Assembly (NCBI GenBank): GCA_013239625.1
Contig: MU054400.1
Coordinates: forward strand, 1,957,345 to 2,021,344
From: Lama guanicoe
Taxonomy: Eukaryota
DNA length: 64,000 bases
Direction of reading: 5' to 3'
Made by a program: the position numbers and the translations under genes. Below are positions 41,971 to 53,841 of the stretch, piece by piece. The notes beneath the pieces are model-generated. The model was not told where the DNA came from. It made no database searches and was given only the letters and a program-made list of their open reading frames with translations. How positions within the stretch are numbered: position 1 is the first letter of the stretch; the number at the start of each line of letters is the position of its first letter.

Positions 41971-43299
41971 ACTCAAGGAATTCTGCTTGAAAAGGAAGGT
42001 AAGAAATGGAGCAGTAGAAACCAATACAATAATGTAAATCAACTATACTTCAAAGAAAATGGAGCAATAGGTAGAGTGAAGTGGGTCATGAGAAGTTTTT
42101 CAGGTGTGCATGTGTGACGCATGTATGCTTATGTTTTAAGGAAAGAAGTAATGAGATATCTACAGTCTAATGAAAAGAATGCAGTAAAGAAGAAAGTAAT
42201 AGTGATGCAAGAGAGGGGAGTAGCAGGAATGGCAGGGGATTGCTGGAGCAGAATCTTTGAGCAGGTGAGAGGACAGAACCAGGGCCAAGAAAGAGCTGGC
42301 CTTAAAAAGGAGCATGTTCAGTTCATTCATAGTAAGAGGAGGAAAGGCAGAGGATACTGGGACAAATGAAGATGGCTAGGGGAGGTGGCAGTGGGGTCTT
42401 GTAAATACTCTTCTGATTGTCTCTCATAGCTCAGTGAAGGGAAGGGCCAGGTCATCAGCTCCCACAGAGGCTGGAGGAGACAAGGCTAGAGGTTGGAGAT
42501 GAAAGAATGAAATAATCACCCAGAAGTATGGGACTGTGAATGGACTGGAAAGCATAGGATGGCTGCTGGGCGGCATCCAGGGTCCTCTTGGGGTTAAGTA
42601 ATGAGGAACTGAAAGTAAGACCCGTCCAGTGTGGTTGTGCTTTCTTCCTCCAGCCGCATTCAGAAGTGCAGGAGCAGGTGCAGTGTAAGAGAGAGCTGGG
42701 CTGGAGCAGGATGCAGTCCTGCGAGGGACGACAATAAAGCAGAGGAGGAGCAGACTTGCCTTGTTGGCTGTGATGAAAGCACTTTCAATTTCTGTTCTGC
42801 CTTATGAAATATTCAGTACAAATACCTTCTAAATTTATCTCTCCCATTATTGAAGCAATAATAATAGCAATTTTGAAGGCTGTGAACATCATGGAAACGT
42901 GTTGACAATATATTGCTACTGAAGAAAAAGCAGAATACAAAACTGGGTCTGTTCTGGGATTACTCTTAAATAAAAAATAATGAAAGAATGTGGACAAATC
43001 TGGGCCCAGGGAGAAGTAAAATGGTGTGATTCACTTAGTGGTAAGATTTAGGGGAAACTTCTTGCTTAGTTTCCTTTTTATTTATGTTCAGTTCAGGTCA
43101 TTAAACATTAACTGAGCGTCTACTGATGTTGGGCACTCTGCTAGGCTCCAAGAGCACAAAAAGAGGAGGAGGGGGAGGAGGAAATACAGTTCACTTGGGA
43201 AGCTTAGAGGCTAAGAGTGGTATTGCTATGTGTGTGTTTGCATAAGAAATCATTATATAAAAAGTATAACCATAAATGTGGCAAATAGGATATTAGTGT

Positions 43300-45450
43300 C
43301 TCCAACAGACTGCATTAGTTAATATTCTCTTAGTTGTAGGTAGTAGAAATGTTCTAAGATTGACTAAAGCAAAAAGGGAGATCTTATTTAAGGACTGGAT
43401 CACAGAACCCAAGGGCAGTAGACAGGAGGACCCTGGAAGCAAGCTGGCAGCAGGGACCTGAACACAACACATCTAGTCTCTCCGTGCATCATCTCTACTC
43501 TGCTCTGAGTGTTGCCTTCATTCCTCTCCTCCTTCCTTTCCTCCTCAGTTCACATGGTGGAAGATTATGGCCTAGAACAGCTCTACTCATTACCAGTTTA
43601 GTCACTGGAAAAAGTATCAATCAATCAATCAATCAATCACTCTCTCTCTCTCAAACCTGGCACTCCCAGCTTGGTTCAGACATCCATTACTTAACTGTTC
43701 AAACAGCAAAAGAGTTGAAGAAAGAGATCGGCCAAGTTGGGGCCAGATGGCCACCTTTGAACGAATCAAAAGTGGCTAAAGGGCTGTGTTATATTTTCAA
43801 AACCTGGTTCCTGGGAGCCCCACCACTGTAAGCACGCGGATGAATGAGAGAAGCCATTCTCAAAATTAGCAGGGCTATCACCCTAGTAGATATTAGTTAC
43901 ATTGTTCCCCTTTTCTATCTAACATTTACACTCTTTTACTGAACATAAAATTCCAAACATGACCTTACCTAATACTACAACTATCATCTCCCCAATGGCA
44001 AAGTCACACCCAGCTACTGGACTGAAAGGAGATTTCACAGAGCCACTGTTTTTCATTCAGGATCTTTAGGCAATATGTATTGTTTCTTTAGTACAATTCC
44101 AAGCTGGTCCAGATATGGTTCTTCCTGATTTTGCAACTGGTGGAAAAATGACAAATGTAACCAACCCCTACGCAATATACAATGGTGCAAGAAAAATCAG
44201 ACAACTACAAAAAACAAATCTCCAGATGGTCACTGACCCAAAATATGTATTTAACTCTTTCTGCTGGACACAGTAATGTACACGAAATTACTGGAGTATT
44301 TCATGGATCATTAATAAGTTCCATTTGGGGGACTCCATTTGACAACACTCCATGGCACAAATCTTATTACCTTTACACCCCTAATTCTGATACATGGTAC
44401 TCCAGGAACAGGGTCATGTCCACACACCTTCTGTTTCTTAGCAGAAACACTGAGGAATCTGCCCATCACCTTTGTATCCATTTAAGGGCCCTGGTCTTGG
44501 GCCACACGTACAAAATTGGAATCTGGGATAGGGTAGCAGGGTGGCTTTCTTCTAAAATTACATTGGGATAGTTACACTGCCCCTGTAACTCTGGCTCTAT
44601 CCTTGGTCCTGGAAGCTGAATCCGTTGGTTCCATGTAAGACCTAGAAGAAGGTGCTTTGCGGGGACCTAGGTTCTCCAAAGACTTCTCTTTTCTAACTGC
44701 CAGATTCTCTATCTTCTAATCAGAACCTCAATTTTAGTTTTAGAAATGAGGTGTAACAGAGAATGCGGGTATTATCTCTTAGCCAAACAACTGATTTTCT
44801 GACCTTAAACTGGCTCAGTTCACTAGCTACTAACAGGAAGGATGTTCCTGGGTGAGTTACATCCTTTTTCCATCATTCTCTGTCTACTTTCAGCCAGACT
44901 CCTGGGACTGAGGCTTACCACTGACTGTGGCACCCTCTTGAGAACATAGGATGTAGCCTCACCTTCCTCCAATTATAATGCCCGCTCCTCAGGAGCAAGT
45001 TCTCTACAATTGAAGACCCTATTAATTGTATTTGAAAGATGTCTTCTCCAAAGACTAATAAACAAAAGATCGTGACAGTAAGGGATCACTGGCAGGGGTG
45101 CAAATCAATTAGAAATATATGGACTAAAACTGGAGTTTAATGCTAACCAAACTTCTACCTCCCATATTTACTCAAGTCAGCTTGGAATAGTTTTTTCTGT
45201 TTTTCAGGCAATGGCATGGCGAACGTGACTGCCCAGAGCTCTGACCTTACATGTTACTCGTCTATGTGACCAAAGGGGAAACAGCTCTTTTTCAACCCCT
45301 GGTTGGTCAGATGGACCAATCAACGGTATCTAGGCAGCCTGGCTCATCCTTATAAATGTGGCTAAGGAACTCTGCCACAGTAACCACAGAGAATGGGAGT
45401 GGATGGTTCCCAGACAAAGGGGGGGGTACACTTGGTCAACAATCACATAA
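43300..45450 (-). mobile_element. Old MaLR: LTR, probable internal remnant and second LTR piece
   Basis: MLT1-like motifs at ~43300-43890 and ~45180-45450; the intervening sequence is assigned by inference only. Confidence 0.45.
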
Positions 45451-45459
45451 ACAGTATGC

Positions 45460-48400
45460 CAACAAATTTATATAATTCAGATTAAATAAAGTCCTAGAAC
45501 AATACAAATTATCAAAACTGACTCAAGAAGAAATAGAAAAGCTGAATAAACCTATAACAAACAAAGAGCCTGAATTAGCAAATTTAAAACTTCCCACAAA
45601 GAAATGCCTGGACCCAAATGGCTTCACTCATTAATTCTTCCAAGTGTTCAAGTAAGAAAGTGCCAATCCTTCACAAACTCTTTAAAAAAATACAAGAGGA
45701 AGGAGCACTTTCCAACTCATTCTTTGTGACCTGGTTCCAAAGCCAGACAAAGATTTTTAAGAAAAGATAATTACAGATCAATATCTCTTACAAATATAGT
45801 CAAAAAAAATCCTGAACAAAATTCTAGCAAACCAAATCCAGCAATATGTAAAAAGGATTAATCACCATGACCAAGTAGGGTTTACCCCAAGAATGTAAGA
45901 CTGATTTAATAGTCATAAGTAAATTACTATATTAATATTAATAGTTAATACATTTTATCAATAGAATGAAGGACATGATAATCTCAATAGATGTAAAAAA
46001 AGCTTTGCTTGAAAAAAAAAGCTTTACAGAAAAGTCTGACAACTCTAACACTTTGTCATGATTAAAACAACTCCAACTAGGAATAAAAAAGAACTTCCTC
46101 TACCTGATAAAAGATACCTACAAAAAAAAAAAACCTACAGAGAACATCATTCTTAATGTTAAAAGACTGAATTCTCTCTCCCTAAGATCAAGAACAAGAC
46201 AGGGATGTTCAATCTTATCACTTCTATTCAACATTGTGCAGGAGATTATAGCCAAGGTAATTAGGCAAGAAAAACAAAAGGCACCTAGACTGGAAAGGAG
46301 GAAATAAAACTATTTCTATTCTGACATTATTTTATATACAGAAAATCCTGATGAATCCACAAAATAGCTATTAGAACTAATGAACAAGTTCAGCAAGGTT
46401 GTAGAACACAAGGGCAATACACAAAATTCAATTTGTATTTCTATACATTAGCAATGAACAATCTGAAAATTCCAATTACCAATTACCATAGTGCTGAAAA
46501 ACCAAACTACTTAGAAATAATTTTTTTTAAAGGAGTACGATTGAGAAGTACAAGTTACTGTTGAAAAAGCCTAACAACCTAAGTGAATGGAATGACATCC
46601 CATCTCATGTCGATGAATAGGAAGAACATTGTCAAGATGGCAATATTCCTCAAATTGATACACAGATTTAGTGTAATCTCCATCAGAATCCTAACTGGCT
46701 ATTTTTTTTTCTTTTTTGCAGAAACTGACAAGCTTATCCTAAAATTCATATGGAAATATAAAGTACCCAGAATAGTCAAAACCATCTTTAAAAAAAAAAA
46801 AAGGTAGAAGCTCACACTTTCCAATTTCAAAACTTACAACAAAGCAACAGTGCAGTAATCACAAAAGGAAGACATATAGGTCAATGGAATAGAATTAGAA
46901 TTCATACATTTACTTTCACATTTATGGTCAATTGATTTCAACAAGGATGTCAATACAATTCAATGCGGGAAAGAACAGTCTTTCCAACAGATGGTGCTGG
47001 GACAACTGGTACCTCCACACAAAAAAAGAAAGTGAAGTTGGACCCATTCCTCATACCACACACAAAAACTCTAAACAGATCACAGGTCTAAATGCGAAAA
47101 CTAAAACTATAAAAACTGTTAGAGAAAAACATAGGTATAAATCTTTGTGATCTTGGGTTAGGCAAAGCCGTCTTAGATATGACACCAAAAGCACACGCAA
47201 CAATGGAAAAAATAGATAAATTAGGCATTATCAAAATTAAAGATATATGCTTCAGTGGACACCACCATGAAAGTGAAACGACAACCCACAGAATGAGAGA
47301 AAATATTTGCAAATTGTGTATCTGATAGGGAAATTGTATTCAGAATGTATAAAGGATGCTTATAACTCAATAATAAAAAGACAGCCAAGTTTTAAAGAGG
47401 GCAAAAATCTGCATAGGTTTCCAAAGATATACAACTGACCAATAAGCACATGAAAAAATGTTCAACATCATTAATCATTAGGGAAATGTAAATCAAAATC
47501 ACAACTGTATACCATCAGGATGCCTGTAGTCAAAAAGACAGATAATACCAAGTGTCGACAAGGATGTGAAGTAATTGGAACCCTCACACACCGCTAATGG
47601 GAATGTAAAACGATGCAGCCACTTTGGGAAACAGCTTGGCAGATTAAACATAGAGTTAACCAAATGTTTAAACACAGATTAATCAAAAGACTGATTTTAA
47701 AATTTTAGAGTTACTCAGTGATTCAGCAATTCCACCTTTAGAGGTATACCCAACAGAAATAAAGACACAAGTCCATACAAAAACTTGCATACAAATGTTC
47801 AAAGAAGCATTATTCAAAATAGACAAAAAGTAAAAACAATTCAAATATGCATCAACTGATTAGTGGGCAAAGAAAATATAGCATATTCATACAATGGAAT
47901 ATTATTTGGCAATAAAAACTAACAAAGTCCTGACATGTTTTAACATGGATGAATCTTTTTTTTTTTCTTTTTGGCTTAAAACAACAAATTTATTGTCTCA
48001 TAATTCTGGTAGCTAGAAGTCCAAAATCAAGATGTCAGCAGGGCCATGGTCCCTCTGAAAACTGTAGGGGTGGGTATTTCTTTCTTGTCTCCTCCTAGCT
48101 TCTGGTTGGTGCTGGCGCTGGTCCCCATGGCCCCCTAGGTTCCTTGACTTGCAGCTGCCTAACTCCAGTCTCTGCCTTCACCAACACACGCATTCTCCCT
48201 GTGGGCCTCTGCCCTCACATGACTGTCTCCTTCTAAGGACACCATTCCTGTTGGATTAGGGGCCCACTGTCCTACAGTATAACCTCCTCTCAACTGAACC
48301 AATCACATCTGCAACCCTAGTTCCAAACAAGGCCACATTCTGAGACAGGGCGTATTCCTCAGCATATTTTTCTGAGGGGGATACAATTCAGATAATATTT

Positions 48401-48690
48401 TCAAGATTCATCCATATTAAGTGAAAAAAATGATAAAATACCACTTAATTTGTGAATATTTTATATGTAACACCTAGAATGGCTTGGAGGGCAAGGGTTG
48501 GAGGAAAAATGGAGAGACCTGCTAATGGAGACAGGGTTTCATTGGGAGGGGGATAAAAATGTTCTAAACTTGACTTTAATGGTGGTCACCCAACTGCAAA
48601 TATACTAAAAACCATTGAATTGTATACTTTCAATTGTATGGTATGTGAATTGTATCTCAGCAAAGCCACTATAGAAATAAAAATAATTAT
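45460..48690 (+). mobile_element. LINE-1 (L1MB-like) ORF2 and 3' UTR, decayed
   Basis: Peptides NIVKMAIFLKLIHRF, KLILKFIWK, SLSNRWCWDNW; 3' UTR 'gtatgtgaattgtatctc'. Confidence 0.93.
47956..48390 (-). mobile_element. MLT1 LTR copy ending in poly(A), inserted in an L1
   Basis: 'ggcttaaaacaacaaatttattgtctcataattctgg...ggattaggggcccac...gggggatacaattca', preceded by a T run. Confidence 0.85.
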
Positions 48691-49916
48691 TATAATCGAG
48701 TCTTTTATTGAAATATAGTAGGTGAACAATATTATGTTAGTTTCAGGGGTAAGACATAGTGATTTCACACTTGCATGTGTTATGAAATGATCACCACAGT
48801 AATTCTAGCAACCATCCTTAACCAACTCTTGAGATAAGACCCAGATCAGAAAAGGTTGAGACTAGAAACATCCCAGGTTTAGTAAAAAGATACCTAAAGG
48901 ATTTTTAAAAACATTTCCATCTTAAATTCACTTAAAGTGACATTGCGGAGTTAATTTTCTCTTAAACTTGCTTTATTGGGGAACTTTGCATTTGTTTCAG
49001 TTTGGATATTTTAATAAAGAGTTGCTTTTCATTTTAAAATTTTAGGATAGGAAAATATGTTACTTTCCCTTCCACTGGAACATCCCCAAATCCCCGAACT
49101 CTGTGTATGACAGAGTGCTCTAAGTACAACCTTGGATGAGGTACAAAACTCTCCACAATGGAGCCTGTTGACCTAAAAATAGCATAACAAAAGTTACTCA
49201 CATTATATGTCCTTGATTATAAGCTTAATGTTAATTAAGCAGTAGGATGAAATACCGGTGAGATGCTGCATTTTAATTTCAATGCCCTGGAATTGGTAGC
49301 ATTTGGTGAGGTTCCAAACATTAACTTACAGGATCAGTGAGTCAGTTCTCAAACTTAAGTTCCTTTTGTGACCTAGAGGTGAGATCAGGTACATTTAATG
49401 AAGGAGCTGAGGAGACTTCTCAAACAGATTCAGAAATCAATCTCTAATAGTAGGAGAAATTAAAACTGAGGTAGCCATTTTGTCCACAAAAGTTTTGAAT
49501 GTGGAATATATCTCACTCATAAGAAAGCAGTGATTTAAAAACTGAAATTATTCCAGTAAACATGAAATCCTTTTCAGGTATTACTTAGAATCCTCACCGT
49601 CCATGACTTGGGAATCATTTCCAGAGCCAGCAGTATTTCCACCTGAAATACTTCTGTGACTTTCAAATCTCCTCAACTTCTGAGAATTCATTTTAGTGAA
49701 ACTATTCTTTTCTATTTTTACTGCCTTTTCTCTGCACACAAACATGTCCTTGTAAAATTTTATTTTGTTCATATTATTCTTCTCAAAAAGAAAAAGGAAA
49801 GAAACGCTGGTTAAATTTCACTTTGGAAAACTTCAACGTTAAATACTTAACCCTACATCACCCTACTCACTCACACCTGGTTTCCTTAACACGGAATCGG
49901 CTATGTTCCATCCCTG

Positions 49917-49930
49917 CCACCAGAGGGCAG
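49917..49930 (+). promoter_or_regulatory. CTCF consensus site
   Basis: CCACCAGAGGGCAG, 14/14 match to CCASYAGRKGGCRS. Confidence 0.65.
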
Positions 49931-50173
49931 AGTAGAGGTCCTTTCTAGCAATACTAGCAGCAATTTTTAAATGCAAAAGATTTTTTTTTCCTTTTCCCCA
50001 ATTTTCCCACAGTACTGGGCACATTTCTATTATATTTTGCCCAGAGGGAAAGTACATTTTATTTTTCACAAAGAATAATTTAAATTGTGTTACCAAATCC
50101 AGTGGACATGCTGTGGGCTTGCAGCTACCCATCCAGATTTCCTTCGACTTGAGTTCACACAGAACTCCAATTT

Positions 50174-50885
50174 CACTGTTGGTAGGAATGCAAATTTGCA
50201 CAGCCACTATGGAAGACAGTATGAAGGCTCCTCAAAAAACTAAAAATACAACTACCATATGATCCAGCAATTCCACTGCTGGATATTTATCCAAAGAAAA
50301 CAAAAACACTAACTCAAAAAGATACATGCACCCCAATGTTTACTGCAGCATTATTTACAACAGCCAACATATGGAAGCAACCTAAATGTCCAGCAATGAT
50401 GAATGGATAAAGAAGATGTGATGTATATATACAAAAGAATATTATTCGGTCATTTGCAATACCGTGGATGGACCTTGAGGGCTTTAGGCTAAGTAAAATA
50501 AGTCAGACAGAGAAAAACAGATACCATATGATTTCACTTGTATGTGGAATCTGAAAAATGAAATAAATGAGCAAACATAATAAAACAAAGTCATAGATAC
50601 AGAGAACAAACTGGTGGTTGCCAGAGGGGAGGGAGGACGGGTGAAATAGGAGAAAAGGATCAAGAGGTACAAACTTCCAGTTATACAACAAACAAGTCAC
50701 AAGGAGGTAATGTACGGCACAGAGAATACAGTCAGTAACAGTGTAAATACTTCGTATGGGGATAGATGTAACCAGACTTACTGTGGTGACCATTTTGAAA
50801 TGCATAAAAATATCAAATCACTATGTTGTACACTTGAGACTAAAATAATACGGTAAGTCAGTGATAATTCAATAAACCAAACAAG
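50174..50885 (+). mobile_element. LINE-1 3' end with TSD
   Basis: TSD gaactccaattt (50162-50173) / gaagtccaattt (50886-50897). Confidence 0.92.
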
Positions 50886-51584
50886 GAAGTCCAATTTAAA
50901 CACGTGCCCTGCAGTGTGAAACCTGGAAGGCAGGGCACTCAGGTAGAGGCTGTTTACCAGGCTCACAGAAGCATTCCAATATTTTAGTAACTAGTACAGC
51001 CCTATAGTTGGGAACCAGCCAGGTATCAGCCCTGAACCTGTGCTCAGACAGGTCCAAAAGGAGACACCTTAGACCATTAGCATCAGAGGCATCAGGAGAG
51101 AAGAAACTTTGAGAGACTTTCATTTATTCTCTACAGAAGTCCACATAGCACTTACATTTTTTACGACAAGCATATTCCTCTTTGTGTATTTTTTTAACCT
51201 AGCAAAAATAGCAAAGATTTGCTGCTGTCCCTGAGCTTCTAGAAGACCGTCCCAGAATCCCAGGACATTACTCACCTGACACTGTTGTGTAAAACATGAG
51301 ATCCAGAGCTTTCATTTCTCCAGATCACAGTACTATTAATGAATAAACAAGAGGAAGGAAAGTTTGGGGCCAGCTAAGTAAGCATCCGATCCTGGTAACT
51401 TAAGCCAAGTAGCAGTGTGTTGAAAAAGACACTTGAAAATTCTCACCCTGGCACGTTTTCCCTCCTTCCGCTCTGACAGAGGGAGGAACAAAGCTGACAT
51501 AGAATGTCCACAAAGTTGGGCAATGCTTGGAGACTCCCCTGGCCTCCCTGGAAAGCCTGTGTGGCTGGAGACAAAAGGGAGAGC

Positions 51585-51593
51585 TGGCCCCTG

Positions 51594-51625
<32 letters not shown>

Positions 51626-51765
51626 TCACCTGGGAGCTTGCTAGGAAGGCAGATTCTCTGACCCACACCAGCTGAATCAGAAAGTCTGGGAGTGGGGCCC
51701 AGCAACCTGTGTTTTAACAAGCCCTCCAGGGGAATCTGATGCAGTCAAGTCGAAACCTCTGCCTT
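51585..51765. mobile_element. MER5A-like MITE containing (CAG)9 at 51597-51623
   Basis: 'ggaccagc...agcatcacctgggagcttg...gggcccagcaacctgtgttttaacaagccctccagg'. Confidence 0.85.
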
Positions 51766-52799
51766 AGGGCCTGTTTTTCCTTAAGGGGATCATGTATTCC
51801 ATAACGTGTATCACAGGGGCTTTGAGGCTTCTAACATTATTATATACAATGGTGGAAAATATACACTTTTCCTAATCAGAGAAAAATCTGGACAGGGAAG
51901 GACAAGTTGAGAGGGAAAGTTGGACCTGAGATGATTTAAGAAGGGCTTTTCCTTTCTGAAGAAACACATCCTACCACCAGATCCCGGCTCCTTGGGCGTG
52001 ACAGCCTCTGTGATCGTCAGCTAACACCTCGGTGGGGATGAGATCATCTGAGAGCTAGAGGGAGGGGGATGAGCTTTTGAAAGGGAAGGTGAGAGAGGAG
52101 ATAATAACTGAAGTACCCCCCCTCACTGTTCCTCCTAACTCCAACCTTGATGGAGATGAAACTGTAAACACCAGGAAGGACGCTAAAAAATTCACGTTTC
52201 GTGAATCACCTGTGTCTTGGGAGATTTCAAGCAAGTTTCACTTTGCTTTCAAAATTGGGCCATAACTCTTCCAATTTCTCTCAAGAGGCAACAGAAGAGA
52301 GGGACAGTGGTTCTCCCAGGACACAAGCTCAGGACTCTGCCATGTATTGGCTGCGTGACCTCAGGAAGTTACTTAACCTTCCTGTGCATCAGTTGTCAGG
52401 TCTGTGAAATGGGGCAGTATTAGTACAAGTAAGGTGCTCAGCATGTAGTGTTAGCTGCTGTTACATCAAAACTTCTATTGTTAAATTAATGAAGGTTTCA
52501 TAGCTGCCTGAAAACAAGAATAAAGCTTTGCGATCCACCCTGTGTTTAGGTCTGAGGTTTCCTAAACTTGAACCACAGCAAAGGCCATGGAAATGCCTAC
52601 CTTTCATGTGGAGCACGGACAGCAGAGTCACTGGCAGGTGAAGAAGGGATGTCAGTCAGGAAACCCACAGGGCAGCCTCATTCTATACAAGTTGGCAACT
52701 TCTCCCACCAGGAGGAGTGAGGTGGCTCCTTTAACACAGCAAGGCAAGCAGCCCAGGTGGGGAGGCCTGAGGGCCGAAAGAACCCAACAAGAAACGGGG

Positions 52800-53405
52800 C
52801 GTTATGGAACCAGCTTGGTTTGCCCAGCTCACAGCAAGCCAGATGCTGGGACGCGGAGGTTCGCAGCACAGAAGGGGTTCAGTCACAGGGCAGCCAAGCG
52901 AGAAGACTGGAAAACAAATCTCAGCTCCACTTCCCCAAAGGCGAGGGGCTCGAGGTATTTACGGGATACAGCTGAGGCGAGGGACGCACGGGGAAAGGTG
53001 ATTGCAAATAAGAAAAAGGTGAGATAACCGTCGTTCTGCGCAGGCGCAACTAAGCTGCCGGCTTCTTCGGACGCACGTTCAGGAAACGTGCTTCAGCACA
53101 TTCTGAGGTGGAGGTGTGGGCCCTCTAGGGCAAAGGTCACTGACTGGACCCTCGCACATGCCCAGTTGGTGGGTCAGTAGGTCTCAATCAGTCTTAACCA
53201 GCTCGAGCTCAAATGGGGCACAGCTGACACCAAATTCCTGCAAAACAACTCAGGGAAACGTTGTTTAGGCTATGTGACCCTTGGAGGACATGCAAGTTTT
53301 TGTAGAAACAGTTAAAGCAGGCTTGATCAGTGAAGGCAGGGTGCAGTTCATTACTTATTAAGCAAGCCATAGTTTAATGGATCTAACTGACTACCCTCAG
53401 TTTCA
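52800..53405 (-). mobile_element. ERV1-type solo LTR
   Basis: The minus strand begins TGAAA. Its other end ('gttatggaaccagcttggtttgccc') resembles the reverse complement of the U5 end of the 4414-5051 LTR. Confidence 0.7.
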
Positions 53406-53459
53406 GGCACAGTCTTTAAAGAAATAGTAAATATAACACAGTAACAGAAACTATTATAT

Positions 53460-53841
53460 GTACACCCACAAATAAAGATTACAGTTCCTAGGATTCTTTG
53501 AAGTTGAGTGTGGCTATGTGTCTAAATGTTGACCAACAGAATGTAAGCAGAAGTGAGTTTATACTCTGCTCCCTTCCCTCTGCTGCATGGAATGCAAAGA
53601 TAATGGCTGAAGCTCCAAGCAGCCATTTTGGACTATAAGGTGACCACGAGACTGGAAGCCTGTGTTCACCTAGAGAGACAGACAAGAGCCTGAGTCCTCT
53701 ACAACTTTGTGAATCTGCCATCCAGTCTCAAACTTCCAGATTTATTTTGTATGAGAGAGAAATAAACTTCCAGCTTATTTAATCCACTGCTACTTTTGGC
53801 TTTTCTGATACATGCAGACAAATATAATCCCAAATGGTACA
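53460..53841 (+). mobile_element. Old MaLR/ERVL LTR
   Basis: 'gctccaagcagccattttggac...gagagagaaataaacttc...aatcccaaatggtaca'. Confidence 0.65.
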
